Made by a program: the position numbers and the translations under genes
Origin: a virus
Strand: one strand, 5' to 3'
IMG/VR virus record: IMGVR_UViG_3300044646_003076
DNA: 64,000 nt
Notes under the pieces: generated by a model
Database searches by the model: none
Seen by the model: the letters and a program-made list of their open reading frames with translations, nothing else
What the model was told of the DNA's origin: nothing
In this document: positions 38,409-46,284 of the stretch, one piece after another
How the letters are laid out: each line of letters begins with the position of its first letter
Numbering within the stretch: position 1 is the first letter of the stretch

Positions 38409-38975
38409 TTATGTTTTATCTAACTTAGCTAGTTGTTCTTGAATTTTAATATACTTTTTGATGTAGTGTGGTGTGTTTGGATTTTGTGCTACTCCACAAC
38501 GAACATCAGAATTCTTATTGGTCGCTAGTTGTTCTAGTGCTTTTGGTGGTGTGTTTGGATTACATGCTACCCAATAACGAATAGAATAATCATCATCAGT
38601 CGCTAGTTGTTCTAGGGCTTTTGGTGGTGTGTTTGGGTTTTGTGCTAACGCCACACAAATATAATACCTATCATTGGTCACAAAACTCTTTATTGTCGTT
38701 GGTTGGGTATCTGAAATTTTTAATGCTTGCCAACAAATTTTCCAGCCCTCATCTGCCATTAGAAGTTCTAATGTTTCAGGTGAAGTGTTTGGATTTCTTG
38801 CTACTCCACAACGAACCCAATACTCTTCATCAGTAGCTAGACGCTCTAGCTCTTCTCGTGGTGTGTTTGGATTACATGCTACCCAATAACGAATAGAATA
38901 ATCATCATCAGTCGCTAGTTTTTCTAGAGTTTTTGGTGAAGTGTTTGGATTACTGGCTTGTTCAAGTTTGTTCAT
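38409..38975 (-). CDS. LRV/HEAT-like repeat protein B (six repeats, two of them degenerate)
   Basis: Same caps and repeat consensus; ATGA overlap with the upstream paralogue. Confidence 0.87.
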   Translation of the reverse strand: MNKLEQASNPNTSPKTLEKLATDDDYSIRYWVACNPNTPREELERLATDEEYWVRCGVARNPNTSPETLELLMADEGWKICWQALKISDTQPTTIKSFVTNDRYYICVALAQNPNTPPKALEQLATDDDYSIRYWVACNPNTPPKALEQLATNKNSDVRCGVAQNPNTPHYIKKYIKIQEQLAKLDKT

Positions 38976-39451
38976 AATCTAGCTAATTGGTCTTGAATTT
39001 TAAGATACTTTTTGATGTAGTGTGGTGTGTTTGGATTTCTTGCTACACATTCACGAACCTCAGAACTCTTATCGGTCGCTAGGAGTTCTAGTGTTTTTGG
39101 ATGTGTATTTGGATTTCGTGCTACCCGATAATAAACATAAAAACATTCATCGGTCGCTAAAAGTTCTAGAGTTTCTGGTGGTGTGTTTTGATTATATGCT
39201 ACATTATAACGAACACCAGAATTCTCATCGGTTGCCAGTTGTTCTAGGATTTCTAGTGGAGTGTTTAGATTTTCTGCTACAACAATACGGACACGATAAT
39301 CCTCATCGGTTGCTAGTTGTACTAAAATTTTTTGTGGTGTGTTTGGGTTATGTGCTACACAACAACGAACACCAGATTCCTCATCGGTTGCCAGAATTTC
39401 TATTACATTTGGTGGTGTATTTGGATCTCTAGCTTGTTCAAGTTTGTTCAT
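38972..39451 (-). CDS. LRV/HEAT-like repeat protein C (five repeats)
   Basis: Same caps and repeat consensus; ATGA overlaps on both sides. Confidence 0.87.
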   Translation of the reverse strand: MNKLEQARDPNTPPNVIEILATDEESGVRCCVAHNPNTPQKILVQLATDEDYRVRIVVAENLNTPLEILEQLATDENSGVRYNVAYNQNTPPETLELLATDECFYVYYRVARNPNTHPKTLELLATDKSSEVRECVARNPNTPHYIKKYLKIQDQLARL

Positions 39452-39798
39452 AACGTCGCCAGATGTTCTTGAATTTTAATATACTTTTTGATGTAGTGTG
39501 GTGTGTTTGGATTTAGTGCTACCCTATAACGAACAACAGAATTCTCATCGGTCGCTAGTTGTTCTAGGGCTTTTGGTGGTGTGTTTGGATGTATTGCTAC
39601 ACAATAACGAACACTAGAATCCTCATCGGTCGCTAGTTGTTCTAGGGCTTTTGGTGGTGTGTTTGGATTATGTGCTACCAAATAACGAACATTAGGATCC
39701 CCATTGGTGACTAAAAGTTCTAATAGTTTCGCCTGAGTATTTTGATTCCATATAGTATTTGGATCCAAAATAAAGTCAATAAAATTCACATTAGACAT
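39448..39798 (-). CDS. LRV/HEAT-like repeat protein D (three repeats, divergent N-terminus)
   Basis: Repeat consensus and HYIKKYIKI C-cap. Confidence 0.85.
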   Translation of the reverse strand: MSNVNFIDFILDPNTIWNQNTQAKLLELLVTNGDPNVRYLVAHNPNTPPKALEQLATDEDSSVRYCVAIHPNTPPKALEQLATDENSVVRYRVALNPNTPHYIKKYIKIQEHLATL

Positions 39799-39994
39799 AA
39801 TAAATTTTTCTCTTTGGTTGTTCTTTTCTTTTTACAATAAACTTATTAGCAGAATCAAAGGAATCAAAACATATTTCAACAGGAAAAACTTCTGCTTTGA
39901 TAAAAGGCATCCAAAAAAGAAGTAACTTTCGCTGTTGTGGATAAAATTTAATGTTTCCGTTTAAATCAGTTTTTTCAACAATACGGTAGATCAT
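39791..39994 (-). CDS. Small hypothetical protein (67 aa from ATG 39994)
   Basis: MIYRIVEKTDLNGNIKFYPQQRKLLLFW...; overlaps the start of LRV-D and lies in the same minus-strand run. Confidence 0.7.
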   Translation of the reverse strand: MIYRIVEKTDLNGNIKFYPQQRKLLLFWMPFIKAEVFPVEICFDSFDSANKFIVKRKEQPKRKIYYV

Positions 39995-40002
39995 TTTAGT
40001 AA

Positions 40003-40620
40003 TTAACAAAAAGAAGTAATAACAACATTAACGTGAGAAGTAGTTCTTTTAATTTTATTGATGATTTTCTTCCACCAAGATTGACGATATCTTGAAATCA
40101 TTTGGCTAAAATAACCACCTTGCGAGGTACTAATGATAACAAGATATTCTGTTGTTGGTAATATAGTCTCTAGAAGTTTCTGTGAAATCGTATCATCTTC
40201 ATCTACAATAACAACATCAAACCTATTATAACGATAACTATTGATTGATGAACAATTAAAAACGTTAACATTTTTAGATTTAATGAAAGGTTTAATGTCA
40301 TTTAATCTGGAATAGTTTGAGAAAAATACACCAACTTTCTTGTTACATAGTAAACCTAGATAATTGGCTAGATTAATAGTGAAGAAGGTTTTTCCAGATC
40401 GTCTAAATGTAGCAATTAATGTAATAGGACTTTTGAAACAAGAACGAAACCACTTTCTTTGATAACGTTTTAATCCTTTAGTCTCCACAAAAGAAGGATA
40501 GATTCTTGTTCCTTTAATGAAACAATTAAACTTTTCTAGTTCATTAGAGGGATTCTGAAACAACATGTTAGATGTTCTGACAGATTTTAATAACTTATTT
40601 AACGAGTTCTTGATATTCAA
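40003..40620 (-). CDS. Minimal terminase-like P-loop ATPase (no nuclease domain)
   Basis: Q-motif LKRYQ, Walker A FRRSGKT, Walker B DVVIVDE, motif III IISTSQG; 205 aa. Confidence 0.75.
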   Translation of the reverse strand: MNIKNSLNKLLKSVRTSNMLFQNPSNELEKFNCFIKGTRIYPSFVETKGLKRYQRKWFRSCFKSPITLIATFRRSGKTFFTINLANYLGLLCNKKVGVFFSNYSRLNDIKPFIKSKNVNVFNCSSINSYRYNRFDVVIVDEDDTISQKLLETILPTTEYLVIISTSQGGYFSQMISRYRQSWWKKIINKIKRTTSHVNVVITSFC

Positions 40621-40838
40621 AACTTTTCTTCTCTTGTTAATGTTGATTGATGATTTAAATGTATTTGATAGTTTAATCGTCTATAACGCTTACTAAAAAC
40701 ATCTGGTAACCAATAAGTTTCTAGATATTCTACTTTTACATTTTGAAGAAAGAAATCTAGATCATGAAAAATACCTAATTGACAATAACCATCGTGAGTG
40801 ATAAAGTTATTGTCGTCAAGTCTATAGTAATAAAGCAT
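40617..40838 (-). CDS. Conserved cyanophage hypothetical protein (ATG 40838 preferred; track start 40868 is TTG)
   Basis: HDGYCQLGIF...ETYWLPDVFSKRYRR motif, recalled from the minus-strand gene found between uvsW and gp55 in cyanomyoviruses. Confidence 0.75.
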   Translation of the reverse strand: MLYYYRLDDNNFITHDGYCQLGIFHDLDFFLQNVKVEYLETYWLPDVFSKRYRRLNYQIHLNHQSTLTREEKF

Positions 40839-40900
40839 TATTGTATTTGACGAACGATAGTGAGTCAATTCCCGAAGGGAATGATTAAATAATATTAGAA

Positions 40901-41296
40901 GTGTTAAGAAATATAATGCAAGAGGAATTTTATGCGGTTGTTAAGTTAGTAAGTGGTGAAGAAATTTTTGGTATAGTATCCCCAATGGAGGAACAGGGTG
41001 AACAGTATTTGATTCTTTTAGATCCCATTAGTATCACTAGAGAAGAGTTGAATAACGTTTACATTTACAGAATAGAACCATGGATGAAGCTAACACAAGA
41101 AACGATTTTCATCTTAGAAAAGTCAAAAATAATTACGGTAGTAGAATCATTTGACGATGAGCTAATAAAGCTTTACAAACGTTATTTGAACAAAAGTGAC
41201 TCTAGTGGAACCTATGTACTCAATAGATCTGAAGGATTCATCAATAACGTTAAACGAGCTAGAATGATACTAGAGAAGATCTACAGAATCAATTAA
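40901..41296 (+). CDS. Conserved hypothetical protein (Sm-like fold suspected) upstream of gp55
   Basis: MQEEFYAVVKLVSGEEIFG; IEPWMK; late promoter TAAATA at 40886-40891. Confidence 0.8.
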   Translation: MLRNIMQEEFYAVVKLVSGEEIFGIVSPMEEQGEQYLILLDPISITREELNNVYIYRIEPWMKLTQETIFILEKSKIITVVESFDDELIKLYKRYLNKSDSSGTYVLNRSEGFINNVKRARMILEKIYRIN

Positions 41297-41393
41297 TTCC
41301 CTTCGGGAATCAGCTCCTTTCAGTCGCTGGTACTAACTTTAGTTAAATTTAATCTATTAAATTTTAATAGTTACTGGTGACGTAACTCCTGTG

Positions 41394-41422
41394 AGTCTAC
41401 TCACACTTTTTCCATTTGTCAA
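41394..41422 (-). promoter_or_regulatory. Leftward sigma70-like promoter
   Basis: Minus strand TTGACA (41422-41417), 17-bp spacer, TAGACT (41399-41394). Confidence 0.7.
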
Positions 41423-41475
41423 GCTTTAATATGCCACTTTGTTCACTGGCACACTCTACCACCTTATAACCCCTC

Positions 41476-41504
41476 TTGACAAATCAGACATTATGTGTTA
41501 TAGT
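41476..41504 (+). promoter_or_regulatory. Sigma70-like early promoter for gp55
   Basis: TTGACA 41476-41481, 17-bp spacer, TATAGT 41499-41504. Confidence 0.85.
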
Positions 41505-41540
41505 GGTCTTCTAAATAGGCGACCGTGAGGAAAATATTGA

Positions 41541-42059
41541 ATGATAACAACCAGTGTAATGAAAAAGAAAAAGAGATCGGTTCATTATGTTTCAAATCAA
41601 GAACTATCCGATGCATTAGTAGCTTACATCAAACTTTGTAGAGAAGCGAAAGAAAAAGGAGAACCAAGACCAAGAGTACCAGAATTTTTAGGTAAATGTT
41701 TTCTTAATATCGTAACAAGATATTCTTATCTTCCTCAGTTTGTTAATTATCCTTTTCTGAATGATATGATTTCAGATGCAATAGAAAACTGCTGTAAGTA
41801 TTGTCATAATTATAATCCCGATTATGTGAGTCCAAAAACAGGTAAGAAAATTAATGCCTTCAATTATATTACTCAATATGCCTACTTCGCTTTCATTCGT
41901 AGAATTAAACTAGAGAAGAAAGAAATGGAGAAAACGAGTAGAATGCTTGAACAACTTGATTTCAATAATGTAATGGTTGACGAAGGAGAAGGTATTGATA
42001 ATTACAGTGATTATAATTCAATTAAAGACAACGTATTTTTACGACTGAGACAAGGATGA
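41541..42059 (+). CDS. gp55: Late-transcription sigma factor
   Basis: HYVSNQEL..AL; FLGKCFLNI; FVNYPFLNDMISDAIENC; AFNYITQYAYFAFIRRIKLEKK. Confidence 0.95.
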   Translation: MITTSVMKKKKRSVHYVSNQELSDALVAYIKLCREAKEKGEPRPRVPEFLGKCFLNIVTRYSYLPQFVNYPFLNDMISDAIENCCKYCHNYNPDYVSPKTGKKINAFNYITQYAYFAFIRRIKLEKKEMEKTSRMLEQLDFNNVMVDEGEGIDNYSDYNSIKDNVFLRLRQG

Positions 42060-43096
42060 GTAAAATAGCCATTATTACAGATCAACATTTTCAGGCAAGG
42101 AAAACCTCTAAACAATTTCACGATTATTTTCTAGAATTTTATAATAATATTTTCTTTCCTTATCTAGAGAAACATAATATCAAAACCGTTATTGATCTCG
42201 GTGACACTTTTGATAATCGCAACTTTCTTGATCCCGCTGCGATTGATTGGGCAAAAAGAAATTATTACGATCGGTTATATACCTTAGGAATTGATCATCA
42301 CGTTGTTGTAGGTAATCACACTTCCAAACTTAAAAATACCAATAAGATTAGTTCGGTTGATCTTATTCTTAGAGAGTATAGCAATATCACAATCTATAAG
42401 AATCCAACCGATACGAAAATTCAAGATCTAGATATTCTTTTTATTCCTTGGATCAATAAAGAAAACGAAGAAGAAACTCTGAATAAGATTCGTAACACCT
42501 CAGCAAAGATCGCAATGGGTCATCTGGAATTGAATGGTTTCAGTCCTTATGTTGGTCATGTTATGGAAGATGGAAGAGAATCCGATGTCTTCAAGAAGTT
42601 TCAAAAGGTTTTCTCTGGTCACTATCATACACGCTCCGATAACGGCAAGATCTATTACATCGGTAATCCTTACGAGCTGTATTTTAACGATGTGGATGAC
42701 AGACGTGGTTTTGTCATTTTTGACGCTGAAACCCTAGACCACGACTACGTTGATAATCCGTTTCGGATGCATTACCAACTCTATTACGATGGCGGTTGTG
42801 ACTTCACATTGACCGACGAGCTGAGCAATAAGATCATCAAGGTGATTGTTAAAAAAATTGATGACTTTAAGCACTTTGAAGAGTTTATTGCCGAGTTGAA
42901 TAAATTACAACCTGCAGAGCTTAAAATCATTCAGGCTATTCAGGCAGTTGATGTTGAAGAGTTTGAGACCACAGATTCAGAGGATACTCTTTCAGTTCTT
43001 CATCGCTATATTGATGAGTTTGAAAATAATTACGATAAGAGTCGGATTAAGAGTATCATCAATAATCTTTATCAAGAAGTTCATCAATTAGTCTGA
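42056..43096 (+). CDS. gp47: Recombination endonuclease subunit (Mre11-like)
   Basis: IITDQHF, IDLGDTFDNR, VVGNH, AMGHLELNGF, FSGHYH, YIGNPYE metallophosphoesterase motifs. Confidence 0.96.
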   Translation: MSKIAIITDQHFQARKTSKQFHDYFLEFYNNIFFPYLEKHNIKTVIDLGDTFDNRNFLDPAAIDWAKRNYYDRLYTLGIDHHVVVGNHTSKLKNTNKISSVDLILREYSNITIYKNPTDTKIQDLDILFIPWINKENEEETLNKIRNTSAKIAMGHLELNGFSPYVGHVMEDGRESDVFKKFQKVFSGHYHTRSDNGKIYYIGNPYELYFNDVDDRRGFVIFDAETLDHDYVDNPFRMHYQLYYDGGCDFTLTDELSNKIIKVIVKKIDDFKHFEEFIAELNKLQPAELKIIQAIQAVDVEEFETTDSEDTLSVLHRYIDEFENNYDKSRIKSIINNLYQEVHQLV

Positions 43097-43359
43097 TGTT
43101 TTTAATCACATTAAAAGATAAGAAAAAGAATGGTGCTTTTTCAATAATTAACGAAGAGAATGAAAAGATTCTATTGTTCTTTGAGATGTTTGATGATGCA
43201 GAACGTTATAGAATTTTATTAGAAGAACAAGATCTTCCTGAAATGGAGATTCTTGAATATGATGATAAGGTCCTAATAGAAACTACCGAAGCTATCGGAT
43301 ATAATTATACTATTATTGGTCCTTATGATCTAGTTGTTCCACCGAAAATGTACGATTGA
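43096..43359 (+). CDS. Conserved hypothetical protein between gp47 and gp46 (DUF3110-like)
   Basis: LLFFEMFDDAERYRILLE; YNYTIIGPYDLVVPP. Confidence 0.75.
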   Translation: MFLITLKDKKKNGAFSIINEENEKILLFFEMFDDAERYRILLEEQDLPEMEILEYDDKVLIETTEAIGYNYTIIGPYDLVVPPKMYD

Positions 43360-43362
43360 ATT

Positions 43363-44535
43363 ATGAAAATTAATTTACTAAATGGTGATTCTTTATTAAT
43401 ACTTAAAGAATTTGATGATAATAGTATTGATTCCATTGTTTGCGATCCTCCATATGGATTGAGTTTTATGGGAAAAAAATGGGATTATGATGTTCCTTGT
43501 GTGGAGTTATGGGCAGAATGTCTACGAGTGTTGAAACCGGGTGGACATCTTTTGGCATTTGCTGGCACACGGACACAGCATAGAATGGCATGTAGAATTG
43601 AAGATGCTGGCTTTGAGATCCGGGATATGATTGCCTGGGTCTACGGGTCGGGGTTCCCGAAGTCGCTGGATGTGAGCAAGGCGATTGATAAAGCTGCGGG
43701 CGCGGAGCGGGAGGTGGTGGGGCAACAGCATCGCCCCGAAGGAAGGCAGTTTGCGGAGGGTGCCAGCGGCTTCGCGCGTGGGGCCGTTGACATCACCGCC
43801 CCCGCCACCCCCGAAGCCCAGCAGTGGTCCGGCTGGGGCACAGCTCTAAAACCAGCACTTGAACCAATTACTATGGCTCGTAAACCATTAGAAGGAACTG
43901 TTGCTTCTAATGTGCTGGAGCACGGCACCGGGGCGCTGAATGTGGATGGGTGCAGAGTGGCACATAATGAGGATTGTCGGATCATGGCTCCAAGTCAATC
44001 CAACATTGACAATCCAAGTGAAAAACTTCGGCAGGGTGGTAGAAGAGAAGAAACCCTGGAACTGAAACCCTCCGGCCGCTGGCCCGCCAACCTGATCACG
44101 GATGGCAGTGACGAGGTGGTGGGGTTATTTCCAGATAGGAAAACAACATGGGTTTCCCCCAAACATAAAAATAATCGTAGTGGTGAATTTCTTGGAGAAT
44201 TAAAACATCCTGGAGCACAGGGTTTCAATGACTCAGGTTCGGCTGCCCGTTTCTTTTATTGTGCTAAAACAAGCAAGAAAGAACGTGGTAACGGAAATAA
44301 CCATCCAACAGTTAAACCTATTGCGCTCATGCGCTATCTTTGTCGTCTAGTCACACCTCCTGGTGGCACAGTTCTTGATCCATTTATGGGCAGCGGTTCT
44401 ACAGGAATCGCGGCACTTCAAGAAAATTTTAATTTTATTGGTATAGAGTTGGATGAAAATTATTATAATATAGCAAAAGATCGCATAGACGTAGTTAAAA
44501 ATAAACCAACATTAGATGTATTATTTGACCTATGA
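43363..44535 (+). CDS. Beta-class amino (N4C/N6A) DNA methyltransferase
   Basis: Catalytic motif IV DSIVCDPPYG precedes NHPTVKPIALMRYL and SAM-binding motif I VLDPFMGSGSTG. Confidence 0.92.
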   Translation: MKINLLNGDSLLILKEFDDNSIDSIVCDPPYGLSFMGKKWDYDVPCVELWAECLRVLKPGGHLLAFAGTRTQHRMACRIEDAGFEIRDMIAWVYGSGFPKSLDVSKAIDKAAGAEREVVGQQHRPEGRQFAEGASGFARGAVDITAPATPEAQQWSGWGTALKPALEPITMARKPLEGTVASNVLEHGTGALNVDGCRVAHNEDCRIMAPSQSNIDNPSEKLRQGGRREETLELKPSGRWPANLITDGSDEVVGLFPDRKTTWVSPKHKNNRSGEFLGELKHPGAQGFNDSGSAARFFYCAKTSKKERGNGNNHPTVKPIALMRYLCRLVTPPGGTVLDPFMGSGSTGIAALQENFNFIGIELDENYYNIAKDRIDVVKNKPTLDVLFDL

Positions 44536-46247
44536 TAATTTTTAAGAAAGTTAGAGCAAAGAATTTCTTATCGGTTGGTAATCAATTTTTAGATTATGAC
44601 CTGAATAATGAGCATTTGACTTGTATCCGTGGTGGAAATGGACAGGGCAAAAGTTTGATGATCGATTTTATTACTTTTTCTCTCTATAAAAAAGCTTACC
44701 GAAACATCAATCTTCCACAACTTGTCAATAACATCAACCAAAAAGACTGTGTTGCTGAAATAGAATTCTCTATTGGCGATACTGAATGGATGGTAAGACG
44801 CGGACTGTCACCGAATATCTTTGAAATTTATAAAAATGGTGAAATTTTAGATCAACATTCTTCTGTTATTGAACAACAGAAGTGGTTAGAGCAAAATGTT
44901 CTTAAGATGTCCTATAAGACTTTTATTCAGATTGTCATTCTTGGTTCTAGTGCCTTTATTCCTTTTATGCAGCTCGTTCCGGCTGATAGAAGAGATGTTA
45001 TTGAAGATCTTTTGGATATTAAGCTTTTCTCTTCTATGAATATTTTGGTCAAAGAGAAGATCAAAGAGTTTAAGGATAATGTTAAGATTCTATCAATCAA
45101 GAAAGATTCTTATGAAGACAAAGTTTCAATGCAACGGAATTTTATTGATGAGATTGAAAAACGAAGTAGAGACGACATACAAGAAAAAACCGATACCATC
45201 ACAGAACTTTTTTCTTCTATTGAATCATTACAATCCAAGAATGATGAGATCAATTTAGATATTCAAAAACTCAATGAAACTCTTGATGATCTTGTGGGTG
45301 TATCTGATAACCTAAAAACACTTCTAGCTAATAAGACAAAGCTTACAGTGGAAGCCAAGAATCTCAAAGAAACCACAAACTTCTTTGTTAATAACGATGT
45401 ATGTCCAACATGTTCACAGCATATTGATGATGAGTTTAAGAAATCAAAACAGAAAGATATTAAGAAACAGATGAGTTCTTTGAAGAAAACTTATGATTCT
45501 TTAATTCTTACGATTGATGAAGAAACTCAAAGACAAGAACAATTCAAAAAGACTTCTGAAGAAACAAATACCTTAAATCAAAAGATTTCTTATAATAACT
45601 ATCAGATCTCACAAGCTCAAAATAGAATTAAAGAACTACACGTTCAGATCAAACGTCTAACCGATGCGATCAATAATAAAAACGATGAACATCAAAAACT
45701 AGAAGAATATAACCAAACTCTAGACAATATTAAAACTGATATCGCAGAGCTAAAAGAAGAGATTCATCATTACGATTATGTTCAGCTCATATTGAAAGAT
45801 TCTGGTGTTAAATCAAGAATCATCGAAAAATACCTAAAGATTATTAATCAACAGATTAATAAGTATCTGAATCTTTTGGAGCTTTATGTTAATTTCAATC
45901 TTGATTCGGAGTTTAACGAAAAAATCACAACTCCAACCTTTGAAAGTTTTTCGTATGGTAACTTCTCTGAAGGCCAGAAGCGACGTGTAGATCTTGCACT
46001 TCTCTTTACATGGAGATATATCAGTACATTGAAGAACTCAGCTAATACAAATTTATTGATTTGTGATGAGATTCTTGATGGATCTTTAGATGAAATGGGT
46101 CACTTTGCTTTTCTTAAGATCATTAAAGAAGAGATGAAGAACTCTAATATCTTTGTTATTTCACATAGAGATGGAATTGAACATCGTTTTGATAAAGTTA
46201 TCACCATAGAAAAAAGAGGTAATTTTACGGTAAAATCAGAATCATAA
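44532..46247 (+). CDS. gp46: Recombination endonuclease subunit (Rad50/SMC-like ATPase)
   Basis: Walker A GGNGQGKS; zinc-hook CPTC; signature FSEGQK; Walker B LLICDEILDGSLD. Confidence 0.96.
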   Translation: MIIFKKVRAKNFLSVGNQFLDYDLNNEHLTCIRGGNGQGKSLMIDFITFSLYKKAYRNINLPQLVNNINQKDCVAEIEFSIGDTEWMVRRGLSPNIFEIYKNGEILDQHSSVIEQQKWLEQNVLKMSYKTFIQIVILGSSAFIPFMQLVPADRRDVIEDLLDIKLFSSMNILVKEKIKEFKDNVKILSIKKDSYEDKVSMQRNFIDEIEKRSRDDIQEKTDTITELFSSIESLQSKNDEINLDIQKLNETLDDLVGVSDNLKTLLANKTKLTVEAKNLKETTNFFVNNDVCPTCSQHIDDEFKKSKQKDIKKQMSSLKKTYDSLILTIDEETQRQEQFKKTSEETNTLNQKISYNNYQISQAQNRIKELHVQIKRLTDAINNKNDEHQKLEEYNQTLDNIKTDIAELKEEIHHYDYVQLILKDSGVKSRIIEKYLKIINQQINKYLNLLELYVNFNLDSEFNEKITTPTFESFSYGNFSEGQKRRVDLALLFTWRYISTLKNSANTNLLICDEILDGSLDEMGHFAFLKIIKEEMKNSNIFVISHRDGIEHRFDKVITIEKRGNFTVKSES

Positions 46248-46253
46248 TAAATA
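46248..46253 (+). promoter_or_regulatory. Late promoter
   Basis: ATAAATA after the gp46 stop. Confidence 0.7.
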
Positions 46254-46284
46254 GTTCAAATAAACACTAAATTGTAAAATAACC

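Noticed and set aside
37930-39432. Plus-strand ORFs 37930-38205, 38621-38836, 38674-38889 and 39022-39432 (and minus-strand 47548-47736, 47862-48206) that also look repetitive
   Set aside because: They are antisense shadows of the 78-bp coding repeat. The LRV frame has the caps, coupled starts/stops and coherent amphipathic pattern.
37941-39680. CRISPR-like array (conserved repeat with variable spacers)
   Set aside because: The period is 78 nt and in frame, the variable parts are only a few codons, the repeats are not identical, and there are no cas genes.
43522-44228. Long minus-strand ORFs opposite the methyltransferase
   Set aside because: They are a by-product of the high-GC patch (few stop codons) and carry no motifs.
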